Origin: Eutreptiella sp. 'Long Island Sound 2002'
Taxonomy: Eukaryota; Protista; Euglenida
Reading direction: 5' to 3'
Assembly (NCBI GenBank): GCA_964036045.1
Contig: OZ038378.1
Location: forward strand, 168,888,001 to 168,952,000
Length of the DNA: 64,000 bases
Numbering within the stretch: the first letter of the stretch is position 1; every line of letters begins with the position of its first letter. Both the position numbers and the translations under genes were made by a program. Positions 1-12,405 of the stretch are shown piece by piece. The notes under the pieces were generated by a model. The model saw only the letters and a program-made list of their open reading frames with translations, had not been told where the DNA came from and searched no databases.

Positions 1-1240
1 CAGCCATACACGCGGGGCCCACGGCCAAGCCGATGACCGCGGGAGTGTTGTCGAACACCGCGATCCACCAGATCCGGGCGCTGGCGTTGGGCGAACGACG
101 GCAGCCCGCCATCCGCACTGAGACGGGGGCCCGGGCGGCACACACGGCCCTTGTGCACGAAATCTTCGGTACCCTCCGCAGCGCCCTTGTGCGACGCGTG
201 AGAAACCCCCAGGACCCTGAGCCGCACCCGGCCACAGGACCTGCAGCGGCGGCGCACAACCACACAGGCGCGACACGAGTCCCGCGCCGGCCATGCGCAA
301 GGGAGGAGACGACACGACGGCTGCGGGGACACCTCCTCCCACCGGGGGGCCGGCCGATGGACGTCACACCAACGACTGCGCACTCGGCCATAGACCGCGA
401 CGACCCCGGGCGAGCCAACCCCGCCCAAAAGGACCGCCTTGTACAACCCAACGGCGCGCGGCTGCGCAACACACCCCGGCAACGCCTGTCGGTCGGCCAC
501 ACCGACGTGAACGACATCAACCTGCCCGACACATGCAACACATACCCGAAGAGTGGGGGCTAGCCTTAGCAGCCCGTGGTGTCGAGCACGAAAGAAAGCC
601 CAACGACTTCCTCCTACATCCCCCGGGCGGGGACCACGCTTCCCGGACCCCCGCAACCCGCCTGCAACAGCGAAAGGGGCGGCACCACGCCCGGACCCGT
701 CCTTCCACCTCACCCTCCTCTCCCGCGAGCCGGATCCACAAGGGACCAAGCAAAGGGCCCGGCCAAACACGCGAGGCCCACGGCCGGGCTGATGACCACG
801 AGAATGTTAACGAACAATCGTCCAGAGTATTACGGTCCAAGGCGAGCATCCAGGGGTACGTGCACCGCGGGGACCGGCGCGGACCTCCTCCGGTAAAGTT
901 ACACGCCTTGGACGCCGGGTGGGTTACGGCACATATAACGTACGCGAATGGTACGGGGGACACACTCCCCGCAGAAAGTTAACAAAGTCATTAAGCGGGA
1001 GGGGCCTACAACACTGCCCGGTATTCCTGTCCTCTGAAACCCGACCCGGGGCACGAGGGGGGCCACAGGCTCGCCACACGGGGCCACGCCGACCTGCTAC
1101 CAGCGGGCACGGATGTGTTACGCCGAGCCCAACCCACCACGTCGGACGGAATGTCCCGGCACAACAGCACAAGCCGAACCGCCCTAACCATCCTAACCAC
1201 CAAACTCAGCACCGCGACACAGGCACGCCGCCCACATGAT
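1..1240 (+). mobile_element. Degenerate GC-rich interspersed element, possibly the 3' part of a non-LTR retroelement
   Basis: GC/CpG-rich, C/A-skewed sequence with overlapping broken ORFs (33-563, 293-982, 919-1239). No diagnostic motif was recognised with confidence; the family assignment is inference. Confidence 0.25.
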
Positions 1241-1599
1241 CACAAAACACAGCACGATATGGCACACGGTACGCAGGCAGACACGAGCACGAGCACCGCA
1301 CCACCGAGCTGAAACAGCACCTTGGGGCTCCCATGGGGAGCACAGGGGCGCGCCAAGGGGGACCGACGGGGCCTTGCCACCGGCGGGGGGTGTACATATG
1401 AATGGCACAAGCGAAACTGGAAGGACGGCTATAGAACACCGCGAAAAAACGGATGATGGGTTGTGCATGCAACACTGCCGGGGCGGGGCAGGGACAAGGG
1501 CACCGAAACGGGAAAAAAAATTTTTATAGCGGTCCAACCACTTGTCATTACTTTTCTCCCCCGCGGTGGGCAGATGGCGCACGGTGAAAACGTACCGTG

Positions 1600-2705
1600 C
1601 CGGCCCCACGCAACTAGCACCAACCAACACCACCACCAACAGAACACCTGCACGCAACAAATCCGACTGCGCGAGCGCCCGCTGCAACGACAAGGAACCA
1701 ACGCCGAACGAACCCACCAGGAGGCGACTAACACGACCGGACACCAACATAACCGCTACAGCGGACACGACGTGACCATAAACAGACCGCACGCACGCCG
1801 GCCAACACCAAACTGGCCGGAGGTGCATGGGCCGGTACGAGAACGACGTCCAACGGGCTTCCGACACCGTGGCGAGCCACGCCCGCCGACCACCATGACC
1901 ACGAACACAACGGAACACCGTAACCCTACCACTGCGGACGGGGCCAACCAACGTTCACAAACTGCACTACACTACACTTGGGCAAACCAAGACGCAACTA
2001 ACCAGCACCAGCACGAACGTGCCGGCTACATGGGCAGGATTTGACGATAAGACCACCGGCAGCAGCGCGACGGAACCCACACGAACCCAGCCGACCATGA
2101 GGCGGCCACGACAACCGCGCACCAACCACACCGCAGCTGCAGCCGCCACATGACCGTAAAAAGACCACACGCAACCCGGCCAACACCAAACCAGCCGGGC
2201 GTGCACGGGTCGGAACGGGAACGGCGTCCAACGGAAGGGCGGCACGGTGGTGCGCCGCGCCCGCCGGCGACCATGCGCCCGGACACGGCAGAACACCGCA
2301 ACTCTACCATTACGGGAGCGGCCAACCAACGCTGCCAAACCGCACTACGCCGCCCTTGGACCAACCAAGACGCAACTGGCCTGCGCCGACACGGACGTGT
2401 CGGCCGCACAAACAACATTCGGCAATACGACCACCGGCAGCGGCGCGACGAAACCCACGCAGACCAAGCCGACCATGAGGCGGCCACGACAACCGCGCAC
2501 CGACCACACCGCAGCTGCAGCCGCCACTTGACCGTAAACAGACCAAACGCAAGCCGGCCTACACCAAACCAGCCAAGCATGCACGGGTCGAAACGGGAAC
2601 GGCGTCCATCGGGTTGGCGGCGCCGTGATGCGCCCCGCCCGCCGGCGACCATATCCGCGAACAAAACCGTGACTTTACCATCACGCAACCGACCAACCAG
2701 CATTG
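1600..2705. repeat. Tandem repeat, 378-bp unit, about 3 diverged copies
   Basis: Motif (t)gacc(g/a)taaa(c/a)agacc at about 1772, 2150 and 2528, and ACGCAACT-containing blocks at about 1600, 1978 and 2356. The period is exactly 378 bp. Confidence 0.9.
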
Positions 2706-3534
2706 ACAAACTACACTGAACCGTTAAACGACCGACCAACCGACCGCAACGACCTACCTCGAACCCCCGGCCCCCCGGGAGAGCGCAAGCTCGACCGAGT
2801 CAGGAGGCGTGAGTGTGCGCCACGGCATGCGAGTCCCGTAGCACGTGCTTCTTCAAGTCGCCTCACGCCTACTGAAAACCAACCCAGGTGGGGGTGCCTG
2901 CAGGACAGGGCCTTTGGCGTGGCTCCCGGCCCCTGGGCCCCGGAATCCGGAGGTTGATGAGGATGTGCGATGGGACCCTCCCCCACGTATCATCCACCCG
3001 AAGGAGGGGAATGTGAGACTTCGGTCGAACATGGGTTACCTCTCTGGGCAGAACCCGCTGTAGGGTACTGCTCGCGGCGACCGCGCCCTTCCCCCATGTG
3101 GGGGAGCCGCTTTGTGGGGGCACGTGCAGTAGGGCCGTGGGTGGGTGAGCGAAAGCCCCTTGGTAAGACCCCCTGCGGGGCAACCCCCAGTCCCGAGTCG
3201 ACCCCCCCCCCTACCTTGTTCCCTTGGCTTGGTGTAGCTGTAGTGATTGGTGCTTGCCAACAATGTCTTCATGCATGGCATTTTAGTGGAGCAGGTGTGC
3301 TTGACCGGGCCTTGGTCATCCAAGAACACGTTTGCCGAAACAGGCACGTGTGGTTGCTCTGCTGGTTGGTTGCTGGTGCAGATTCGCTTGAGTTGGAATA
3401 ATACACCAGTGGTGGCTGATGCGCCAATGTGATGGGGTACTTTGATATGAGTATCATACCGGGAAACCCTTAATCCTTTTACAGTTTGGAGGGGGGTCTT
3501 CTAGGTGGTGGACCGTAACCCCCCCCCCCAAATT

Positions 3535-4518
3535 GCGACAATTTACCCTTTAAATTGACGCATCGACCCCCAGGGGTAATTTGCTGCTACCAGGGGGTAA
3601 TTTTTCCCGTTTTTGGTGGTGGTGGGTAGTTGTAACACACTTGGGGGGGGGGGGATTTGTGGGCCCAGGCATAAAACCACCCCCAAATGGGAGATAAAAC
3701 CACCCTTAAAATCACCTTGGGTGGTTTTATGCCCGCTTTTAAGGGGGGGAAAACCACCCTTTTTGGGGGATAAAACCACCCCTTTTGGGGAATGAAACCA
3801 CCCCCTTCGGGGTGATAAATCCACCCCAGCGTGGTTTTATGCCCCCAAAGCAACAAATGGCACAACACAGCAAACAACAGCAGTCTGAGCAATGCTACGG
3901 CAAAAGCAAGGCATGTCGAACTGGATGAATAGCGAACCCAAACCATGTTTGAAATCTCATCTCAGACCCCATTTGTAAAATTGTCCCCAGCTAGGTCACA
4001 CATCCTATAACACATAACAAAAAGCAATGTGAAGCAAAATGCTGAGTTGAAAACCATATGTCGTTCCCTTACCCTCCATCACCTCTCCTACCTCCATACC
4101 CTAAATGGAAATGGGGCAAGCCCCCGCCCCCATCCCCAAGGGTGCTCTCCTTACAGCACAACATATAGACCTGAGGCAACTTGCCTTCCAGTACTGTGGT
4201 TCTAGGTTAAAAGGGTGACGAACCCCCCCCCCCCCTGCCCCATGTGTGGATAAAGTCACCGAAAAGGAAGGGTAAAACTATCCCAAAGGGGTGACCCCCC
4301 CCCCCAAAATGACCCAATGGGGGGAAAAACCACCCCTTTGCGGGGATAAAACTACCCCTTTGAGAGGATAACCCCCCCCCCCCCGAAAGGGGGGACAAAA
4401 CCACCCCAGGGGTCAAAAATGGCCAAATAGTGGGTTCGGGGTGGTTTTATCCCCCATTTGGGGGTAGTTGTACCCACGACCAGGGTAATTTGCAACTTTG
4501 CATGGGGATAAATTGTGC
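3535..4518. mobile_element. Foldback/MITE-like element with GGATAAAACCACCC subterminal repeats
   Basis: Many direct and inverted copies of gataaaaccaccc. 3681-3704 (ccccaaatgggagataaaaccacc) is the reverse complement of 4440-4463 with 1 mismatch. Possible terminal inverted repeats: gcgacaatttaccc (3535) and gggataaattgtgc (4505-4518). Confidence 0.45.
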
Positions 4519-4824
4519 TTACTGAGGGGTCCTGAGGGATTGCGATGACAAGGTTGGAGGAGTGTTCCCAGCCACCTGCTGCACCTATTTGCCTGTACCA
4601 GGCTTCCTCTTCATCATGCTCCAATGGGGCCCTTTCAAGCCCACCGAAGCAGCCAGTCAAACGGCCTCGGGCAGAATCATTGATGGCCCATGGTTCGAAG
4701 AGGCAAAGGCAGTAGTCTTTGTGCACACTACAGGAGGAGTATCACACAGCTCTTCAGTGGACATGCAGGTGCATGTACTTTGCATGTTTGTGTTTTTGTC
4801 TCGAAGGATTTTGTGCTGCTTTTT

Positions 4825-5165
4825 GGAGTAAAATTTCAGGGGGGTAGGTGTACACTTTTGGGGGGGCAATTGTATTCTTTATGGGGGGTAAATGTGATTG
4901 GTTCGGGGGGTCGTTTGCCATCTGTGAGAGGGGGGTAATTTGTGACAAACCAGGGGGGGGGGGGTAATTGTCAACATGTGGGGGGGGTTTGCAACCCTAA
5001 GTGGGGGTAAAAGTTACCAATTTGGAGGGTATTTTGTAACAAGCTGGGGGGGGGGGGTAAATGCAACAACTGGGGGGGGGGGGGTTTGCTGCCCCCTAGG
5101 GGGGTAAAATGCGCCACTTGGGCGGGTAGTTTGTAACAACGTGGGGGGGTAATTTGGACTTACCC
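4825..5165. repeat. G-rich degenerate repeat cluster (ggggtaa(t/a)tt motif with G runs)
   Basis: Repeated gggggtaattt/gggggtaaa units interspersed with G8-G15 runs. The motif is related to 3570-3600. Confidence 0.6.
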
Positions 5166-5996
5166 AGTCTTCTGGGATTTCCCCTCTAACCCTATTGATA
5201 CTTTTGGATGCCGATGGGTTCAGCTCTACTGATCTCCCCCGCCCCTGATTGGTGTGGCCCTGGGTATTGGGCTTCAGCTTGTGCAGTGCTGGGGGATACC
5301 CAACAAACCATTAAAATTGTCCATTGGTGTAGTCTGTGTGTGGGGACAATGTAGGGGGTGAGGCTTGTCCCCCAATGTTATAATTTCCACCCTGATCTCC
5401 TTTTAATCAGCATTCCCAGGCTAAGCCGCCAGACAACGAATGAATGAAATTTCAGGGCGGGGGTAGCCTCTCAACAATTCAAGGGCTGGGGAGTATGGCT
5501 TGAAATGAACAGCAGCAGCAATTGTAGCAAGCCCATGTAGCGCAGAAGCGTTGCATCATCCCAATCATCACAGTTGTGCTTTTGTTGATGCATGATACTC
5601 ACACCTGAGCATGACGGAGATCTTGGGGCGGGGGGTCACTCAGGGCAATATTATGGCGTGACGACCGTTGCATTGCATCAGCATTCCTTGTGCCTGTCGG
5701 CTGTCGGGCAAGGCGGGCAACACAGAGGAGGAGGATGCACATGACTGATGTGTATGTGCCCAGAAATATTTTCACGGTCCGCCCACATGCGCTGGCTCTG
5801 CAGCCTTCCACAAAGGGGTGCTCCGTATTTGTTGCACATTGTGTGAGGTTATGATCCTTACGCTAAATGGTCAGTGGGCAGTTATGATCAGTGCGAGGGC
5901 AGGTCTTTGGAGGCAATGTGGGTTTTTGGGTGGTTTATGGTGTGCTGGGCGGAACATGGCTGCATTTACAATCCAGTGGGTGCTGTAATAATTCTT

Positions 5997-8948
5997 CTAC
6001 ACTGTCTTGTGCACTTGCATCAATGAAGTCAATTCGGTGAGCAATCTCGCAGTACACGCTCCACTGAGTTTGGCCGCTTTGATATCAGCAGCCACCATGT
6101 GCAAATAACTTTCACGGTATGTTCTGGGTCCTTGTAACCCTTTGAGAATGTCAACCAACTGCTGGCCCTCTATTTGCCTGGGGTCAGTCGCCAAGAGACG
6201 GCGGATCCGAAAACGCAAAGGCTCGTGATGCCTCACGAAATTATTCGTCCCTAAGTAGTCCTTCAATGCAGAGAGGTTTGCCACAGGCACATCCTGGACG
6301 CCTGGGCGTAAGGCCAGGGGGAAATCCTCGACAAGGTCGAAGGGGAGGAGCCGTGGGGATGTGTTTGGTTTGAGGGGGCCTGTACTGGCGTCACCGCTGT
6401 GCTGCAGGGCACTGGTCTCTTCGGATGGGACAGTGCCCTGTGTTGGCACCGCTTCATTCGGGACCGCGCCTTCGGCATTTAACGGTGTGTGAGTTGGCTC
6501 AGCATCCGGTGCACTCGACGATGTGGAACCCGCGGCCAATGAGGTCTTCGGGCCGTGGGTTGGCGGGCGCTCATCCTCTGGTACAAGGGGTTGGTCCCTC
6601 GGTGATTGGGGTGGACTTTTTTGCTTCTTGTGAGCCTTCTCTCCTCCAGAGACTTCGGGGCTGCCGGGCTGCTTGACACGCAGCAGCTCCTCCGAGACGT
6701 CTGCCTCGTCCACGCTCAGTCCGGACGATATGTCGTCCGCAGGGCGTTTTTTCTTGCGACTCTTGGCCTCTTTGTACCGAGACCCAAAGTTCACGACGAA
6801 GTGTTCCTCCCCGTCGTCGTCGCTCAACGGGTCGCGCAGGTCCCGCAGCGCCGGGTTCTCGTGCTTCTTCTGCAGCACCACCAAATAATTGCCCATCGCA
6901 TTGACCGTTTTGCGATGCTTCGCGTTCTCCTCGACCGTGAGGTCGAACGCGTGCCGGTGCCTCCGCAGAAGCCGTTGGAACTTCGCCTTCCGGCGCTCGG
7001 CGTCCTCCAGTTCACACTCCAAAGAATCCGCCGATGAGTACGTACTCCCGGTGCCAAAGCGCTTGCCGGGGCCGGTGCTGGTGGCCAATGAGGCGGTTTC
7101 ATCGGCTTCGTCCAACTCCATCGCCACGGAATCCGCAAAGAGTTCGAAGTTGGCCGGAGTGGGCCTTTGCTGCACCTCCATCCCAGTGGCGCCCGGCACT
7201 CGGGCCACCGAATGCGCGTGCACCCGCATGCGATCCAACTGCCGGAGCAGTGACGCCCTGTCAATATCAAACGGGTTATTGCACAAGAAGACCTCCTGAC
7301 TCAGGTCCAGAGTCCCGGGGTCTGCGGCACTCCGCTTCCCATTGGACGGGTCATCCACCAGACTGAAGGCGGCCGCGGAGGTCATATCCTTCAGGTCGCT
7401 CTGCAGGACGTCCCGGAAATCGGCAAAGCCGATGCCGGTGGCGTTGCTGTCGAACAGCCGCACGTCGCTGGGGGTCTGCATGAGAGGCGCCCTGTTCTTG
7501 GGCGCGGCCTGGACCGCGGCGGTCATCAGGGACTGCCTCTGCGCCTGCCACGTCTCCACCTCCGCTTTGGCTTGCTTCTTCAGCCCCTTGAAGTAGTCCC
7601 TGAGGGCCTGACTGGGCTCGGTATCGATGTCGCTGGGGACGAACTCGTGCAACTGCAGACGCTTGTCTCGCAGGGCCTGCCTCAGCGGAGCGATGTAGTA
7701 GACCGGGACAGACCTGACGTAGGAATCGAACTCATTTCGCCACCGGGCGGTCTTGGTGACGGCCTTGGGCGACCCTTCACCGCACGACGCCAGCAACGCA
7801 ATGAGCTCTGGATAGTTGTAGGGCAAGACGTACAGGTACACTGCCGCCCCGTCCGGAGCCACCTTCACGAACCCGAACGTCTCTTGCTCCCCGTCGCCCT
7901 CCCGCGGCGCAACGTACGCCTTCCACACTTCGGTCCGGAACTTTTTGCACAGCACCTCCGTGAACGCGCACGGCTGCAGGGCGTACACGTCGTGCACGAG
8001 GAACGGGGGCACGACGCCGTCGAAGTCCCGGGACCGCCGGAGCACGACGCACGGGTGAGGCTTGCGCTGCGGCGTCTTCTCCAGCGACGCGTCCACGTGG
8101 TAGTCCTCGGGGATGGGCCAGTGGCACGCCGCCTCCGGGGCCACGGGGCTGATCAGCACCCGTTTCTCGGCCAATTTGTCGGCAGTGATACTGTCCTCCA
8201 GCGAACTGGGGATCTCCACCGTCAGATTCAGGACCACCCCGTGCCCCAGCCGGGACGCCAACTGCTCCATGTGGCAATTGAGATGCTTCAGATTGATCGC
8301 CACATGAGCATCGCCCCCCGTGGCCTGGCACTGCACCTTCAGCCCCGGACGAGGGATCATCATGTCGTTCTGGCTCACGGGGTCCAGGGCCGGGAACGGG
8401 GGCCGGATCTCGTAGGAGAACAGGCGCTGGTCCCAGTGGAACGGCAGCTCCACGAGGGCACTCTCGGCCAGGCTCAGCGGGGGAATGTCCAACTGGTCCG
8501 CCACGCCCTTGTCCGAGGTGGGCATCCCGCCGTCGGTCAGCAGAATGATGGCCGCAGGCTCAATGCTGGCGGGACACCACCCGTACCTGTGTCTGTCAAG
8601 ACCAGACACCTCCTTCGGATGTAAGAGGCGGCCCTGGTTCAGCACCTCGAACACCGTCTTCAGCGTCTCCCCAAGAGCAGTGTACGAATGTGCGACCAGG
8701 CACTTCAGGTAATCTTTGACCGAAGCCGGCGATTCCTTCGGGCCCACCTTCAAAGCGGTTGGCCCTGCATCAGTAGTGACCAGCCAGTACTTGTCATTGC
8801 GGCCCTCCGGTCGCTCCCGCCGTGTCTTGATGAATTGCTCAACGCCGCACTTTGCAATGTCCAACAGTGTCATCCCTGCAAACGACGCCTGATTGATGGC
8901 CTTCTGGTTCATAGACACGCTGGTGTCGATGAAGAAGACGATGATCAT
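5997..8948 (-). CDS. INTS6: Integrator complex subunit 6 (vWA domain, INTS6/DDX26B family), 983 aa, intronless
   Basis: Uninterrupted ORF carrying INTS6 family motifs in order: N-terminal IVFFIDTSVSMNQ (vWA), IILLTDGG, FHWDQRLF, HWPIPEDY, FGFVK, LYVLPYNYPELIALL, WRNEFDSYVRSVPVYYIAPL, NPFDIDRASLLRQLDRMR, NAMGNY, and a C-terminal INTS6/SAGE1-like helix region (RRLLATDPRQ...LVDILKGLQGP). TAG stop at 5999-5997. Confidence 0.93.
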   Translation of the reverse strand: MIIVFFIDTSVSMNQKAINQASFAGMTLLDIAKCGVEQFIKTRRERPEGRNDKYWLVTTDAGPTALKVGPKESPASVKDYLKCLVAHSYTALGETLKTVFEVLNQGRLLHPKEVSGLDRHRYGWCPASIEPAAIILLTDGGMPTSDKGVADQLDIPPLSLAESALVELPFHWDQRLFSYEIRPPFPALDPVSQNDMMIPRPGLKVQCQATGGDAHVAINLKHLNCHMEQLASRLGHGVVLNLTVEIPSSLEDSITADKLAEKRVLISPVAPEAACHWPIPEDYHVDASLEKTPQRKPHPCVVLRRSRDFDGVVPPFLVHDVYALQPCAFTEVLCKKFRTEVWKAYVAPREGDGEQETFGFVKVAPDGAAVYLYVLPYNYPELIALLASCGEGSPKAVTKTARWRNEFDSYVRSVPVYYIAPLRQALRDKRLQLHEFVPSDIDTEPSQALRDYFKGLKKQAKAEVETWQAQRQSLMTAAVQAAPKNRAPLMQTPSDVRLFDSNATGIGFADFRDVLQSDLKDMTSAAAFSLVDDPSNGKRSAADPGTLDLSQEVFLCNNPFDIDRASLLRQLDRMRVHAHSVARVPGATGMEVQQRPTPANFELFADSVAMELDEADETASLATSTGPGKRFGTGSTYSSADSLECELEDAERRKAKFQRLLRRHRHAFDLTVEENAKHRKTVNAMGNYLVVLQKKHENPALRDLRDPLSDDDGEEHFVVNFGSRYKEAKSRKKKRPADDISSGLSVDEADVSEELLRVKQPGSPEVSGGEKAHKKQKSPPQSPRDQPLVPEDERPPTHGPKTSLAAGSTSSSAPDAEPTHTPLNAEGAVPNEAVPTQGTVPSEETSALQHSGDASTGPLKPNTSPRLLPFDLVEDFPLALRPGVQDVPVANLSALKDYLGTNNFVRHHEPLRFRIRRLLATDPRQIEGQQLVDILKGLQGPRTYRESYLHMVAADIKAAKLSGACTARLLTELTSLMQVHKTV

Positions 8949-8978
8949 TGTATATACAACCCGGCCCCCGAAGGGGCA

Positions 8979-9000
8979 CTAAGATATCTAGAGAAGCACG
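8979..9000 (-). promoter_or_regulatory. Candidate SL trans-splice acceptor(s) upstream of INTS6
   Basis: The minus strand reads cgtgcttctcTAG atatctTAG, about 30-40 nt before the ATG at 8948. The pyrimidine tract is short, so this is inference. Confidence 0.35.
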
Positions 9001-12000
9001 ACCAGAGGGGCTCATGTTGAGGAGGGCAAGGGCCTATTAGCAGGCACGAGGGGAGGGGGGGGAGAGGGGGGTGCACTGCGCCACTGTCGCCAATGGCAAG
9101 GCAAAACGCCTCACAGGCCTCATTGAGGAGAAGGGGGGGGGGGGGGCAGCCAGCAAGCAGACCCAGTCATGACTCGTCAGTCCCTCTGCCTCGCCCTATG
9201 TAGTGGGAGGAGGCCCACAGGGATAAAGGGCAGAGATGCGTTCCCCACGCCCTACCCCTGCGAGACCCTGTGACTCGCAACTTGGACCCTGATGGGCAGG
9301 CGTGAGCTTGAATCCGAAAAAGGTAAGGAGGTGGGTCACCCCCCCCCCTCCCAAATCCCCCCTCAGGGGTCCAACTCCCCCCCCCCTTTCCTGCCGCTGT
9401 GGGCTTCAGTTCTAAGTCGTCTCAAACTTGGCATGTGGTCAGTGCAGAAAAACGTTTCCTCCGGTGCCTTCAACACCGACCACTGCCATATGAGGCATCC
9501 TTCCTTGTCTGCTGCCCACAGGTGCTGCAATTCAACGGCTTTGTGCTCCGTGGCCTCCGAGTGTGCACATGACCTCGGGGTCCCTGTTGTAAAACGGCAA
9601 TTCCACTGGTCTTACTCCGTTATCATGTATTTGACATGCCTTGAGCCAATTGTGTGTGGGAATGATGTGGTTGCGTCCTGTGACTTTGGGGGGAGGGAGG
9701 GAGGACTGCAACCATCCAAAGCCCACCTGGTAGTGACATCAATATTTGTACAACCAGAGCATATGCCAAAACATTTCACCAGTTCAGTTGGTAAGGAGGA
9801 GGGTCAACAGCCGAGCCGGTCTGAACCAGCCTCTGAGCAGCTGCGTTGCTGCCAGGCTGTTCTTCTCTCGATCAGCTAAGAGTACAGGGATAGCACAAAG
9901 ATCACCACCCAAAGTCACACCAAAGGGGGCTCACCTACTGTATCCTAGATTTGGTGCATACCCCCTTCCTCTTGGCTTTTTCATCTTTGTCTCCTTTCCC
10001 ACAGCCAGGATGCCTAGCTTTCTCTAAGATGCAAATTTACTAAGTCAGCTCCGCTCTTACCTCGTCTTGGGTTTGTGGGCTAGCGAATAGTGATCTTGTA
10101 GGTCACCTCGACCGCAATGGACCCTCATGTGTGGCACGAGTTCCGGATGGCCATGAGTCTTTCCTAAACCCAATTGCTTTCGGATGTGCAGTGCAAGCTG
10201 CACAAGGGCACACTTGGTGGCCGCCTGGCGCCTCCCGTGGGACATGCACAAGGTTAGTCTCAACTGGATTGCATTGCGCACCATGATGGAGATATCTTCT
10301 GCTGAGTGGGATGGCTTGCTAGAGCACTTGAAACCAGTAACCCCGTTGAGTACAGTTGTCCCAAAGGCTAATGGGGACAACAGGCCCTGGCCCTGTCCTC
10401 CACCACCTCTGTTGATTGCTCCTTCTTGCTGACTGTTATAGTCCTGGGGAACATGTATGTGGTGGCAGGTAGGACCCCTTGCATGTTGGTCCATGGGGCG
10501 GCATGTCCACTGTGTGTGTGTCATTGGATTGGCCATGTGTTACGACAAGAATGTAGACACCTTGTGCAGCCTATGGCAGGACAACATTGTCTCTGCATCT
10601 CGCTATCAACAATCCGAAACACAATCCCCCCATGAAATGCAACGCAGATGGGGCAGCAACTCCCCCATGAATGGTGGATTGGAGCGCACCTTGCTTGATT
10701 ATCATGCTCTGTCGATGCATGTGCCCATTCTGAAAAGCGGAGGGATGAATAGTGTGTACTTTGGTCCCATTGGTGATAGATACCACAGATACGACCCTTC
10801 ACTAGCAGGGACAGCAACATTAGTGCCATTAAGCACAGCAAGAAAAAAATGGCGACTGTCTGCAGGAACGTTGCTCATGTGATCCCACACAGGGTCAAGG
10901 GGCAAAGAAACTGTGGAGCATAAAGCAGGATGATACAACCAGACATTGACCCCTGAAAATGCATTGAAGAATGAAGCGAGCAACAAATAGGAGCGGATAT
11001 GGGACAGAAGGAGGAGGAGGAGTTGGTTGCTGCTGCGCAACAAACCAATTGAGGGGCTTGGTGTGGGCTGTTGCTCGGATAGAACTCCCCCTCCCCCAGC
11101 CCCTGCACTGACACTGCAACTGACCTCTGCATAATAATGATACTACAATTAAGGAAACTGCATACTGGTGGGCACATACCAGCAGTACTTTTTACAAAAA
11201 TTTCATTTGCCGCAGCAATGGTGCAAATATGCACACCAAGCCAGGGTGCTCTGCCGTATTATGCATTTGGGACCAGCCTAAATTACGTGCCCCATTTGGC
11301 TCCATGCATCCTGTAGCTATACACGACAAGAAAGGTATACAAGGGCGTGCATCATTGACAGGATGTTTGGAGAGGATTCGATTGCTTGGAGAGGGGACCT
11401 CAGGTGAAGGTTGTGCGTGACATTCGGATGGGGTCTGGAATACTCTACTGTTTGTGATGTTCCCTGCAGCTTTGGACCTGTCGATGCTGGATACTGAGCG
11501 GTTGGGTGTTTTTGAGGGTGGTTCTGGTAAAATGACCCCAGTAACAAGTGCGGTGAGCTGCCCCCTTTTCAATTATCCAGTCTCTTCACTCTTGCCCCCA
11601 GGCTGTCTACCCCTGGGGACTTTGTACTGAGGGAGTTACAATACCCCACCCGCCTGCAAGGCAACATACCGTGCTACAGGGTACTTACAAACACATGTCA
11701 CGGCAGCTACGCAGAAAATTACGGGTCAACTGAAAATCAAAATTCCCCTAATCACCACGGCCCTTCTGCCCGCTCTTCAACTATCTCGTTCCAGATGTTT
11801 ACTTCATCCCACTCTTGCACTACCTGCCGGTCTACCTTGCCTTTCACTTGCTTTTAACAAATGCACCATTTGAATAATCCCCTGTGATGGCCGCTTCTCA
11901 GCCTAGCGAAACACAGTGTTGTGGAAGAGAATCCCAATGCAAAAGAAGATTGTGCACAACTGATCATGGCAAATATAGGTTAGATGCAACAGAAACAATC

Positions 12001-12405
12001 AGAATCCAATTTGTGCACCGTCTCACAGTACATTCTGCATTCTCTACTGCATGCCAAGCTGTGCTACGATCCATGGACATGCACACACAGCTGTATTGCT
12101 CAAATGTCATTTGCATGCAGCAAATCACCATGATGCAAAGGATTCTACAACAGAAAGGCATTCTGCCAAATCCTCAAATTCATCTTATATCAACATGAAT
12201 ATCATAGATATATAAAATTTCGCACAAAATTGGACACAACTTCTTGATGTGACCAGATGATGCTAGAACGCAGCACCATATAGCACGGGTCCTGTGCACA
12301 CTGTCCCTCACTACCCGATTCAAGCAAACCAGACAACAAACAGCACATTGGCTGTGTCCCCGAGAGCCTCAAATCCAACGTCCTCCAATCCAAGACATTA
12401 ACAGC

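Noticed and set aside
2750-2810. Minus-strand GGGGGTTCGAG partial B box
   Set aside because: The B box is incomplete, the A box is poor and no stems form.
7572-8624. 350-aa plus-strand ORF and other ORFs overlapping INTS6
   Set aside because: Antisense or alternate-frame shadows of a GC-rich CDS with no independent motifs.
9400-12300. Short ORFs between INTS6 and the fusion gene's last exon
   Set aside because: No recognisable motifs, splice-consistent exons or coding-like composition.
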